Shown here one piece after another: positions 51,236 to 64,000 of a stretch of DNA of 64,000 bases. Within the stretch, counting starts at the first letter, position 1. Each line of letters opens with the position of its first letter. Under the pieces are notes generated by a model. That model was given only the letters and a program-made list of their open reading frames with translations. It had not been told where the DNA came from and did not search any database. Made by a program: the position numbers and the translations under genes. Source of the stretch: Octopus sinensis (Eukaryota); NCBI RefSeq assembly GCF_006345805.1, contig NC_043000.1, forward strand, positions 36,084,001-36,148,000, given 5' to 3'.

Positions 51236-51994
51236 GTCATGTGATGTCGATACTTGTGATGAGATCCCAATAAAGGTCGAAAATCGATTAACTCTGGTCA
51301 TAATTTTCTGCAATCTACAGAGAAATACATAAATGTGGCATATATATTTAAGGAGATATACCGATGGTAAATATTTCGTGTTTTGGAGCTATTCAGGTGG
51401 AATCATCGCTTGAATTTTCTGCGTACTTTTGTGGTTTACCACATATTCAAACAGATACCATTGATTTCTTCAGTTTGCTGCTCCAACAGCAAAATACGTT
51501 ATACTCAGCTGTTGTTTAAATTAATTCTGCTAATCCAAATTGTGTATTTAACCTTAATAACATTTCACAATTACACTTGAAGGATATGAAATTCTCACAC
51601 TTAATAGCTGTTTTTACACCTAGATTCCATCAACTAACCTTAAACTCTACCCTAAGATCCCCAGATATTTCAAAACAAATGAATTTAATTTTGCCGTTCT
51701 CTGTTAAAAAGGCTAAATACAACATGACACAAATCAAATTATTGATAACTACTTGTTTCCAACACCAAATAATATCTGTAGGTTTGGAGGGGAGAATCAC
51801 TCATACAATATGGATGACATAAGGTGAATAATTGCTACCCAGTATGCTCGCTTGCTATTATCTCGTGAAATTATGCAAAATATAATTGAATAGCCGGGTT
51901 TTCGGTGCCAAAATGATAAAAACAAAAGGGCAGCAGAAGATATTGTTGTTGTCATTATCCTCATCATCATTGGTGTTGTAGTCCATTGTGTTAG

Positions 51995-52000
51995 GAGAAC

Positions 52001-52038
<38 letters not shown>

Positions 52039-52251
52039 TGATAATGATAATAATAATAATAATAAAAATAAAATAATAATAATGATAATAATGATAATAA
52101 TGATAATAATAAAAATAAAATAATAATAATGATAATAATGATAATAATAATAATAATAATAATATAATAATAATTAATTCTTTTTACTTCTTTTTTAATA
52201 ATAATAATAATAATGATAATAATAATAATAATAATAATGATAATAATAAAA

Positions 52252-52282
<31 letters not shown>

Positions 52283-52308
52283 TAATAATATAATAATAAT
52301 AATAATAT

Positions 52309-52360
<52 letters not shown>

Positions 52361-52466
52361 TGATAATAATAATAATAATAATATAATAATAATAATAAAT
52401 AATAATAATAATAATATAATAATGATAATAATAATAGTAATAACAATAATAATAATGATAATAATG

Positions 52467-52530
<64 letters not shown>

Positions 52531-52546
52531 TAATAATGATAATATG

Positions 52547-52585
<39 letters not shown>
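51995..52585. repeat. Long imperfect (AAT)n microsatellite, representative of many (TA)n, (CA)n, (TATC)n, (TAA)n, (CAT)n and (CTT)n tracts
   Basis: Directly visible simple repeats throughout the window. Confidence 0.99.
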
Positions 52586-52588
<3 letters not shown>

Positions 52589-53123
52589 CCCTGATGTAGT
52601 ACCAGGCAGTGGCTCTCATGGCTTCTGGTCTTAACTGATTGGAAGTGTTATCATGTACATTGTTTTGTCTTGGTATAAAAGATGGGCTACAGCAAATATT
52701 CTGCTAAATACCACAGATTTGCTTGTCAGTTGAGCATGTCCCTTAGTGGCTGACGATATGTGCATCTCTGATCACGAGCAGAAGTAGTGGGGGAGCATCA
52801 TAGCCATGTGTTGAGAGGGATTCTTTGGGGTTTGAATAATTCACCTCTGGAAACATGGGTGGTTCTTTCAACATCCTTAAACAACCCTTATTCAGGGACC
52901 TTTTGAGCGGGATGGGCTACTCAACCTGAAGAAAATTCTAACTGGGCCCCACCTGCAAGGTCATGTGATGTTTATCTTGATATGAGATTACCATGTCGCG
53001 CACACATGGTTGTGATGCATGTGCCTGGTGTACCTTTATCAGACGGGTAGTCATGATGGGTATATTGGGCTTCGTATATTTTACCCCAGTGTCACTTTGA
53101 TGGCATGCACTGCTCTCTCACTC
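52586..53123. mobile_element. ~540-bp non-coding element embedded in (TAA)n, copy 2
   Basis: Homolog of 36084-36621; (AAT)n on both sides. Confidence 0.85.
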
Positions 53124-53243
<120 letters not shown>

Positions 53244-54319
53244 CATTATCACCCTATACCTCATCCCCTTCTACCCTCACCTTCTCCTCCTCACCATCAT
53301 CATCTTCATCATAATATTGGTGGTGGACTGTGGTCTTCTTCCCCTTCATCACCGCCGACGTCGTCGCTGTTGTCGTCATCCTCCCCTCCTCCTCCTCCAC
53401 CTTCTCCTCATAATCATTGTCGTCGTCGTCACCGTTGCCGCCGTTGTCGCCGTTGTCGCCGCCGTCTTCGTCGTCATCATCATCATCGTCGTCATCGTTA
53501 TCACCATCCCCCTCCTCCTCCTCATCATCATCAACATCACCATCATCTTCATCGTCATCATCATCACCACCACCACCACCACCATCGTCCTCATCCCCAT
53601 CATCATCATCATCACCATCATCATCATCGTCGTCGTCGTTATCGCCACCATCATCCAGAACCGTCTCTGTCTTTCATCTTCCCAATAATCGATGAAAGCA
53701 AAAAAGAACCAACAATAGCAAAACAAAGCAAAAAAAAAAAATGGAAGCAAACATTAAAAAAGGGGGGATGCAGAAACCCCCCGTAATATATTTGTGCCGT
53801 TTCTATTGATCATATTCGATATTAGTAGCAAGATTTGTGGTTAGGAAGGAAACCACGTGACGGTGAAGGCTATGACGGCGATGACATTGACGACGATGAT
53901 GATGTTGATGGCGCTGGTGATGCTGATGACGACGATGATGATGATGGTGTTCCTTGTTCCTTTTTTTTTTTAACTTCTCCACCCTTTCCTCTTCGTTGTC
54001 GCTGTCATAGTACCTGCACTACAGCCACCACTACTACAGACACCAGTCACATCACCCCCACCACCACCATCACGTCGTTACCGTCACCATCATCATCATC
54101 ATCATCCTCATCATTTCAATTGCCAGTACCAAAACCACCGCCATCACCACCACAACCACAACCACGACCACCACCGCCATCATCATCACCAGCAACAACG
54201 CTACCATTCTTCCTCCTCCTCCCTCCTCCCTCTCCTCTTCCTTCTCCTCTTCGTCGTCCATTACTACTACTACTACTACTACCACTAATGTTATTGTTGT
54301 TATCATCATCATCATCATC

Positions 54320-54373
<54 letters not shown>

Positions 54374-54457
54374 GTTATTGTTATTATTATTATTATTACT
54401 AATATCATTATTATTATCATGATTATTGTGTTGTTGTTGTTGTTGTTATTATTATTA

Positions 54458-54509
<52 letters not shown>

Positions 54510-54579
54510 GTTATTGTTATTATTATTATTATTACTAATATCATTATTATTATCATGATTATTGTTGTTGTTGTTGTTG

Positions 54580-54621
<42 letters not shown>

Positions 54622-55644
54622 TATTATTATTGTTATTATTATTATTACAGTTGTTGTCAATGATGCTGTTATTACTGTTATCAATGTATGTACTGTAATG
54701 CCATTACGCCCATGTTTTCGAAGGAACTGAACATATTATTCCTGCGCAGAAATTAAATGAAGAATTAATTAATTGAATTCCATTATTCTCCTTCCTTATT
54801 CTCCACACCCTAGTACTAACACAACGACCACCACGACGACCACGACCACCACCACTACCACCACCAGCACTGCCATCAACACCACCACCATCTGTAAGCT
54901 TGCTAATCTTTTGAAAGAAGAGAGACATGTTGGATTGTTGGGTTGGTGGTTTGGTATTTTCGAACGTATCCTTTAATTCTCTTCTCTGGCCAATGAAAAA
55001 ATTTTCTTGTTAGTTTTTATTTAATCACGTCATGTCTCTTTTTGTTTTTTTTAAATAATCTTTGTTATGATTTTGTTGTTGATATTGTTATGATGAGAAA
55101 TCACTTGCTCGTTGTTTGTTTGTATGTTGGTGTCTTTTTTTTTATTCAGTGTAGCTGGTGCACTGAAAATGAAATCTTTGTTAAATAAAATTCTGTTGTT
55201 ATTTTACATTATCAAGTAATCTTGTAAGTGAGATCAATGTTAAATGAATTAGATTCAATAATTGAGAGGTGAAATGGCCAAGACAACGGTTTTGTTTATC
55301 TTTATTGTTGAATTTTAATGACTTTACTCACAGTTTAGCCATTGCCTCTTCAATATTTTAGTTCTGTTTATTTATTTATTGTTTCATATTGTCGAGTCTG
55401 GAGAAATCTATGATCTAGAGATACACTCGAATCAATAAACGTAGCAGCATTCATGCATGTTAATCGTTTCGGAAACACAAGTCTCGGAAACACAAACGAA
55501 GCAATATATCGAGCGTAGGCTCGAAACGTAAAAGACTTTTTCTATTCCTGTGCGCTATACTAATACATCTGTTTGTTTGTACACCACCTGTCTTCGTCTT
55601 TTGTTTTTTTTTTCGTAAACTCTCCCAATACAAATATATGTATG

Positions 55645-55727
<83 letters not shown>

Positions 55728-57011
55728 CAGGTGTGGGACAAAATAACGCAAACACCTTAAAGTTTCAAACAGATTTATTTTAATATGGAGTAGGGCCGTT
55801 TTGACTGCAATAACAGCTTGAATTCTACGAGGTATGGAGTCGTACAAAGTTTGCATTGTTTTCAAAGGAATTTTTGTCCATTATTTAGCTAATAGTCACA
55901 AGTTCTTGTAGTGATGATGGTGGAGGATATCGACTCCCTAATTGTTTTTTTCTAAAATGCACCATAAATGTTTAATAATTTTGAGATCTGAGATCTGTGA
56001 TGGCCAGATAAGATGTTCGTCTTCACTAGAATGTTCCGCGTGCCATTCAGTAACAACTTTAGCTGTGTGAATTGGTGCATTATCATCCTGAAAGATCGCG
56101 TTTCCCTCCGGAAACATTTCCGCAACACTAGGATAAATTTGATCAGATAAAATGCTTAAATAGTTTTGACTATTAATTCTGCCTTGAAGGGAAACCTTTG
56201 GGCCGGCAGATTTCCAAGATATAGCCTCCCCACTCCAGATCATCACAGATCCTCCACCATATTTAACATTTGGAAGAAGGTATTCTGGGTCAAATGCTTA
56301 TTTTGGTTGTCTCCACACGTATACTAGGCCGGTGGTCGGAAATGAGGTAAAGGATGACTCGTCCGAGAAAATAACATTCTTCCACTGCTCTAGGGACCAA
56401 TTCTGTAGGTTTTTACTTCAAACTAAACACTTTGCAACGTTTGTTTTTGAAAGTAGGGGTTTTCTGATTGCAGCCCTCCCGTGAAATCCGGTTTTGTGCA
56501 GCTCCAAGCGAAGGATTTTGTGGAAACTGGACTCTCGCTCAAGGTGGCCATTAAGCTTTGCGGTAATTTTGGGAGCTGTACTTTTGTGATCCTTTCTAAC
56601 GATTCACATAAGTGTCTGACATTCCCTATCTGAAAGCTTTGGTTTTCTTCCGGTGTTTTGTTTCGACGAGGAGTTTTCCCTCTTTCTCAAAGGCTGTCAT
56701 TACTTTCGAGACAGTACTTCTTGATACACCAAACATTTCAGCTGTTTTCGTTACGCTAGCGCCTGCTATACGAGCACCAATAATTTGACGTGTTTGAAAG
56801 TCCGATAGATCTGACATTTTAATGAATTTTAATTACCTTTTTCTGATGATATCTGAAAAGAAACAGCAATTTCAGCAAAACATATTAAGCAACGCTAATA
56901 ATAAATTTAAAAAAACATAAAAACAAACAAGGTTCTGACAGTTTTATAGATATTTCAAAATCATGATGCTATGATGCTGCTAGGTGTTTCCATTATTTTG
57001 TCCAATCCCTG
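55728..57011 (-). mobile_element. Tc1-family DNA transposon, second copy of the 10185-11431 family
   Basis: TIRs CAGG(G/T)...GGACAAAATAA...AAACAC with TA flanks; MSDLSDFQTRQIIGAR, FQDDNAPIH, WPSQISDLKIIKHLW. Confidence 0.93.
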
Positions 57012-57029
57012 TATACATACATACATCAC

Positions 57030-57740
57030 GGATTTTCATACGCTTAGCTTTTTCTATGTTTGTTTCTCATATGTTTAATTCTGGAATTCGTTGTATTCGG
57101 AGTTCACTTAGATATTTCTTTGCCTGTTTTGTTACTGCGTATGATGCTTTCTTGTTTTTATGTTTTGAGACAAATTTTAACATCCAGTCCTCAGAGTTTT
57201 TCAGGTAGTTGTTCAGGCCAGATATGGCAATCTTTATTGTTAATTCCAGTTGTAAAAGTCCACGGCCTCCCTCTTTTCTTGGCAGATAAAGTCGTTCTAT
57301 ATCTGCCTTAGGGTGGTGCATTCTATGCATTGTCAACACTTTTCGTATTTTTCTGTCAAAGTTACATATTTCAGTAATTGACCAGTTAATGATATTGAAA
57401 CTGTAAGTCACGACTGATATGGCTAAAGTATTTATCACTTCGAACCTGTTTCTTGCATTCACCTCTATCTTGAGTATTGCCCCTTACTCTGCGATAACAC
57501 CCTCTTCTGATCCTTTCTCTCATCATTGAATGTTTGTTTCCATCACCTTTAAATACCCCGAGGTATTTGTAGCACTCCGCTGGTTCTAACTCCTTTATGA
57601 CATTCTGTTGGTCTGTCATTTTTCCTTTGATAAAGGTAGCTTTTGCACATTTATTGAGGTCAAATTGCATTCTGATGTCATCACTGAACTGTTTAACAAT
57701 TGCTAGTAAGTCCTGTAGTTGTTGGTCATCTTTTGAAAAA
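57030..57740 (-). mobile_element. R4/Dong-clade LINE internal fragment (copy C)
   Basis: FSDDIRMQFDLNKCAK, CYKYLG, MHHPKADIERLYLPRKEGGRGL. Confidence 0.88.
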
Positions 57741-58163
57741 CTGCCACCACCACTAACAACAACAACAATAAAGGTAATGATGATGATGATGGTGATAGTG
57801 TTAACCATATCAACATTGACTTGGTTGAGATGTAAAATTTCTGAAAAATTGTGGGAACCATAACAATAGGATTCAATGGAAACATTTATGTTTTTAGGTG
57901 CAGTCAATGTAAGGAATCCTCGAGGTGCCCACCAAACTGGAACGTCTAAGCCGCATACCAATTGGCAAAAAATTTCTCGTTGAAAAAAGCGAGACAAATG
58001 CTAATCAAAAGTTGGTGCATTCACCGGACCGGGACATCTAAGTCGCATACTGATTGGTCAAAATACAGTTCGCAAGATTCAGCCTACTGGAGACCATGGG
58101 AGGGTATTTATAGGATAATTTAATCATTTCACTACAGTTGTCGGTTGTGGAACACAACTGTAT

Positions 58164-58282
<119 letters not shown>

Positions 58283-58292
58283 ACTACTACTA

Positions 58293-58339
<47 letters not shown>

Positions 58340-58343
58340 ATGC

Positions 58344-58386
58344 ATAAACCTGATGATTGAGAAACGCATGAAAGTACTAAGTTTAT
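58344..58386 (+). ncRNA. Type I hammerhead candidate (same family as 23443-23486)
   Basis: ATAAAC CTGATGA T TG-AGAAACG-CA T GAA AGTACT A (A) GTTTAT; one extra A next to the cleavage site. Confidence 0.55.
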
Positions 58387-58663
58387 TACAAGAGATATAT
58401 AATATTCTATTTGTAAATAATAAAACTTGAGATCAGACTAATTAAATATTTCGTTGATTAATATATTCTTCCAGTCACAATCATGCAGCTCGGATATCTA
58501 TCTATCACCACACACCACCATACCAAACCACACCACATAACACCACCCCGCACATACTAGCACTGACCACTTCCCAGCATTTACACGATCATCCACACAC
58601 CTACACATGCACACACGCACACGTCAATGTCACCAGCCTCCTTTCACACACACACATATATAT

Positions 58664-58719
<56 letters not shown>

Positions 58720-58739
58720 AGGTTGAAAAGGAACACACG

Positions 58740-59490
58740 AGTTGATACATATATAGAAAGAAAGTCAAGGTAGAAAATACTAGAATAATTTTATAAAAAT
58801 ACATTTCAGTACCGGTTTCCGCCATTGAGGCTTTTTCTACGGTAAGTATGGAAAGTAATACAAATTTCAGAAAAATTAAGTGAAAAGTTTTTTAAAAGAA
58901 TATTTGCATAGTATTCAAATACAAGGGGTGTTTTCCTTGTTTCTGCTTGTCTTTGTCTCTGTTGTTTACTCTTGTGGGTTCGAGGTCGTTGTGAATTCTT
59001 GGCGAAGAAGAAGAAGAAGAAGAAGAAGAAGAAAATGCATGAGTGCTATGATAGTAGTAGGATGTTAAATTGTCAAGTGCCCTGAAAGTGACTTCTTGTG
59101 GATGGTAGCAGTGATTGAATTCTTGAGATATCTCTTTTGAATGTATTGGTTATAATATTTGCGTAGGTGTTATTCTAAACAACATTAGTTGCAAAGTAAG
59201 GACGGAGGTGGCGGAGTGGAGGAGGAAGACGAAGAAGAAGAAAGAGACAGGATAATAAGAGAATGCAGGATGGTAGGATAGTAGTAGGATGTTAAATGGT
59301 CAAGTGACCTAAAAGTGACTGGTTGTGGATTACAGCAGCGATTGGGACTGTTTTTAATGAATTCTTTGATATTATCTCTTTTGAATGTATCATTTTTAAT
59401 ATTTGCGTGTTTGTTTATTCTAAGGTCGTGGTGTATATGTCATTTGTTGTGGATGCGTTCAAAAGGGGTCTGTATTTTGTAATAGAGATG
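58740..59490 (-). mobile_element. 3' end and terminal repeat of a Penelope-like element, with a diverged internal duplication
   Basis: Minus strand KESISITKYRP resembles a PLE GIY-YIG C-terminus; 59030-59200 resembles 59260-59420; relic GAA-ACCGGT-A motif near 58810. Confidence 0.5.
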
Positions 59491-59763
59491 GACTCTTTAC
59501 TAATATATATATATATATATGTATATATTTGTTTATCTATCTATCTATCTGTCTATCTATCTACCTATCCATACATACATACATTGTTATGTATTCAGGT
59601 ACCGGGTAATATGATGAATGTTTGGTAGTGTCAGATTGCATATAAGCTTGTGTGTGGAGCATAGCTGTGCAATGTGCCATGGTGCATGCCTGAACCCGAA
59701 GCTATGGGGTTCTGAAACGAACTCGTTCACGCAGGCACACACACACACACGCACATACAGACG

Positions 59764-59806
<43 letters not shown>

Positions 59807-59809
59807 CCT

Positions 59810-60180
59810 GGCACTCTGTCGATTACGACGACAAGGGTTCCAGTTGATCCGATCAACGGAACGGCCTGCCCGTGAAATTAACCTGCAACTGGCTGAGTAC
59901 TCCACAGTCACGTGTGCTCTTAACGTAGTCGTTGGGGAGATTCAGCATGATACAGAGTGTGACAAGGCTGGCCCTTTAGAGATACAGGTACAGCAGAAAC
60001 AGGAAGAGTGAGAGAAAGTTGTGGTGAAAGAATACAGCTGCGTTCGCCACCCCCCTGCCGGAGCCTCGTGCAGATTTAGGTGCTTTCGCTCAATAAAAAC
60101 CCGTAACGCCCGGTCTGGGAATCGAAACCGCGATCCTATGACCGTGAGTACGCTGGCCTAACCATTGGGCCATTGTGCCT

Positions 60181-60182
<2 letters not shown>
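59810..60182 (-). mobile_element. SINE family A
   Basis: Head reverse complement at ~60110-60182; distinct long tail. Confidence 0.85.
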
Positions 60183-60232
<50 letters not shown>

Positions 60233-60686
60233 CAGCTGAAAGCCAAATAACTAAGAAAAGATATTGACTCGTCTTGTGAATGTTGTGAATCGTGGAAGTA
60301 ATGAGAAAAGACACGGAAAATCCCGAATGTAATATAGTTCGGAGAAATGTGTTTATAATTTATAAAGCGGAGATGACTCACATATATGAAGATGGAAGTT
60401 GAGATGAGGGGAAGAATTGTACATTTACGACACCTACAACTCTCCATACATTTGTGTCTTCCTCGCTTCGTTCGTCGTTCCATACAGTTGCATATTCTCG
60501 GCTTCCTAATCTACCCACATATGTCTACAGACTGACTTCGGTGCGTTTGTGTTCGATTGCCATTACTTTGACAACTAACAAGATGAAACGATATAGAAAT
60601 ATATTTCTTAAGTAATTCACCTTTCAGTTACAATACAACACTACTAAATACACACACACACACATATATGTATATATACGCATATA

Positions 60687-60773
<87 letters not shown>

Positions 60774-60778
60774 CATAC

Positions 60779-60833
<55 letters not shown>

Positions 60834-61223
60834 ATATATAAACATATGTATATCTATATATATATATACATATATACATGCACACACATATATATATGCA
60901 TGTATGTATGTATCCATTCCCTGTGTAAATATGTACCATCGTAGTGTCTGTATAAAATTATTTCAAGAGAATGTGTCATCTAATTTCTCTGTTTTATCCT
61001 TTCTACTTTTATATAGATTGTTGCCAAATATTTTTTCTTTATTTTTGGAGACTCTTCAAACAGGATTCTACGATTTTGGACATTAAACTAATTTTCCTAA
61101 TTTTCTAATTTCCCGCAGACTCTAAACCTCGAATGTTGGAGACCGGAAAAGAATAATTCCTGCCTGTAATGTTACAGCCGTATCAGTATGACGTGAGAGA
61201 AAGAGAAAGCCAGAGAGAAATAG

Positions 61224-61254
<31 letters not shown>

Positions 61255-61904
61255 AGTGAGGAGGAGGGGGAGAATCAGAAGATGTTTAAGACCTGACTGC
61301 CAACACAAGCTATTATTGATTTCCAAAGACAATCAGGAAAGTAGATGGAGACGTATGCTGTGAGAAACTGAATTATTAATACCATGGAAATATGGTGGTA
61401 ATTGCGGCGATTCTTCATATACTAGAGATGTACTTGCGGTAGATTTAACCCATCGATCAGTTAAACATCACAGACGCCGACACCACCACTACCACCACCA
61501 CAACCACAACCACAACCGCCACCACCACCACCACCACCACCACCGCCAACACCACCACCCCTACCACCTCAGCCACCCATCATCACTTCCTCCTCATCCT
61601 GGCATCCAGGTACTTTTAAGCGGTGTTCATTCTGTTGTGAGTTTTCTGATTAAGTTTCCTGCCTCAATGCAACTCTTTTTCGTGATGTTCAGATCCCCGA
61701 AGCTGCAGCGCCAGTTCTATTCCTCGCCTGGTCAAAATTCTTGTTGTCTTTTATTCGAGGCAATGATGTGGAAACTGTTCTCAAGTTTCATCTCCGTGGA
61801 TCAGTTCGTTTCTGAAACGCGAAGAGAATGCAATTTGCCTTTTCATTGGCCGCAGAAACAGGGACAACGACTATGACGTTTTTTAGTGTCTCCATGACTG
61901 GAAA

Positions 61905-61956
<52 letters not shown>

Positions 61957-62339
61957 GAAGGAAAGAACTGAATGAATGAATGACAGAAGGAAGGAAGGAT
62001 GGAAGGAAGGAAGATATTCAGAAGAAAATGCCGACAGGAACACTGGATTTGAGAGATGGAAACATGTATGCATGTGTCCGTCTGTATTCTGCTAAAACCA
62101 TTCAGCGACACGGTGGCAGTAAGATCAGGCGATTTAAAGTGGAGATAGTCCTTCAGGTATTTAACATCTATTGGACTTCATAGCTGTTTTGAGATAGCAG
62201 AAATTTGGCGGTCTTGGGAGAAAGGACAGATTAATGGTTAATGCACGCCAATTAGATACTGCACAGGTGAAGAGAGAGGGAAATAAAGAAACACTATTGA
62301 GTCGGTGGTTTTGAGTGGAGGGAATACATATTGTCTTCT

Positions 62340-62545
62340 ACTCTAGGCACAAGGCACGAAATTTTTGGGGAGGGGGCCAGTCGATTAGATCGACCGTAGT
62401 ACACAACTGGTACTTAATTTTTCCACCCAGTAATGATGAAAGGCAAAGTCGACATCGGCGGAATTTGAACTAAGAACTAGCATCAGACGAAATACTGCTA
62501 AGCATTTTGCCCGGCGTGCTATCGTTTCTACCAGCTCGCCGCCAT
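62340..62545 (-). mobile_element. SINE family B
   Basis: Full reverse copy; TGGAGGGAAT on both flanks, a possible target-site duplication. Confidence 0.85.
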
Positions 62546-62575
62546 TGGAGGGAATGCAATATTAACGAACATTAA

Positions 62576-62770
62576 TGCGGCAAGCTGGCAGAAATGTTAA
62601 CACGCCGGGCGAAATGCTTAGTGGTATTTCGCCTGTTGCTACGTTCTGAGTTCAAATTCCGCCGAGGTCGACTTTGCCTTTCACCCTTTCGGGGTCGATA
62701 AATTAAGTACCAGCTGCGTACTCGGTTCGATCTAATAGACTGACCCCCTCCCCCAAAATATCGAGCTCTG
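62576..62770 (+). mobile_element. SINE family B
   Basis: Near-consensus copy. Confidence 0.88.
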
Positions 62771-63149
62771 TAGAAAAGAATATTAAGGGACACTGAAGAA
62801 AAGCAGAAGCAAATATGATGACCGTAGCAAAAAGTAGAGAAAGAACACAGAAATCTGTGGTTGAGAGGCTGGAGTTGAAATGTGAGTGATTTTAGGCTAA
62901 TGGACGAGTTTCGCTTCCTCTGGCAGGAAAAGTGTGATTGCAGCAGCAGCTGAAGGATTGTTTAAACGTTTGTGCATCATTGCATTTCCGTTCACTCATG
63001 GAAGGCTGAGGAATTTGACTCACTTGTTTAGCTACAAATTGACATTGACCAAACAGGGAATTTCCATCCATGACCATCAGTTTCGAGCACATATCCTAAT
63101 AATCTTCTGACATTGGAACAGTCAACTACGTAATCCATTATCTTTTATC

Positions 63150-63360
63150 TTTTACTTGTTTCAGTCATTAGACCGTGGCCATGCTAGGACACATCACGCT
63201 GAAGAATTTCTAGTGGAATAAATGAACCCCGTGCTTAATTTTGCTATTCAGCCTGGTACTTATTCTATCGCTATATTTTGTCGGACAGCTAAGTTACGGG
63301 GACGTAAACATACCAAAACCAGTTGTCAAGCGGCTGGGAAGCAAAATTCTTACCACACAG
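63150..63360 (-). mobile_element. SINE family C (internally deleted)
   Basis: GTGGCCATGCT...AAGTTACGGGGACGTAAACA...TACCACACAG. Confidence 0.7.
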
Positions 63361-64000
63361 TAGGGGATAGTTTAGGAGTGGTCGCTCTTTCTAACAGAGT
63401 AATTGACCTTGTGGAGCAGTGCTTTCCAAATATGGCGGCACTGTTTTCTGGGAGGTGTGGAAAATTTTATATGGGCCTCGGGGATAAAGGGTGTGGTAGG
63501 GCGTTAGATGCATTTATGTTGTTCTTTTATTTCTTAGTCTTTTTCTGGTTTCAATATCCACTTAAAAAAAATCATTGAACATAAAAATGTGATAAAACTG
63601 TTTATGAACTAGATTCACAGTGATGACAACAAAAACGCTGTTACGACGATGACAACAACATCAATAATAACAAAGAACTTCAAAATGTAATTAAGTAAGT
63701 CAAGGTTTGGCAAAGTTGTCAATATTGACCCCTGGGGAGTCTATGTAACTATTCGAGAGGACGATAAACGCCTGAAACGATTTTGAACATTCAGGGTGTT
63801 GGGCAAAATAAACATCAAAGATGCTTTGCTCCGTGCAGAAACCCTAGGAGATCTGCAGTGGACCTCTACTCGACTATCTTTCCTTGGTCGCTTCCATCAA
63901 TGGCGAGATACTCCACGGGATAGCTGAAGCTGATGTGACTCAGGTACCAGAGTCAACCTAAGTCGATTCGACTCGCCGTCTCCTAGAATATGGATGTCCA

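Noticed and set aside
52586-52660. HDV-like ribozyme at the end of the 540-bp TAA element
   Set aside because: I could not build the P1/P2/P3/P1.1 nested pseudoknot by eye.

Overview
Eukaryotic, AT-rich, repeat-dominated DNA with one 100-N assembly gap (12244-12343). The SINE/LINE repertoire looks cephalopod (octopus-like); this is my recognition, not a database result. No host protein-coding gene can be called with confidence, and most of the supplied ORFs are translations of microsatellites. Real coding remnants are all transposon-derived: two Tc1 elements with TIRs, a DD37D (maT-type) mariner fragment, R4/Dong-clade LINEs sitting in (TAA)n arrays, Tx1/L1-clade LINE pieces sitting in (TATC)n arrays, and Penelope-like elements (PLEs; RT + GIY-YIG). 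Three tRNA-derived SINE families occur in more than 30 full or partial copies. The most striking signal is a set of type I hammerhead ribozyme (HHR) motifs. A non-coding 483-bp unit carrying one HHR per unit forms a ~5-copy array that is both tandem and inverted (29623-32012). A near-perfect 542-bp palindrome carries an HHR variant with an extra hairpin (27014-27555), and a third foldback carries an HHR core (16450-16784). All three have the same head-to-head polarity and lie at or near (TA)n tracts. Further minimal HHRs, some with non-canonical cores, occur in PLE terminal repeats. Together this suggests a retrozyme-like, circRNA-based non-autonomous retroelement system mobilised by PLEs. Ribozyme activity is inferred from sequence only, and an assembly artefact for the foldbacks is not excluded.
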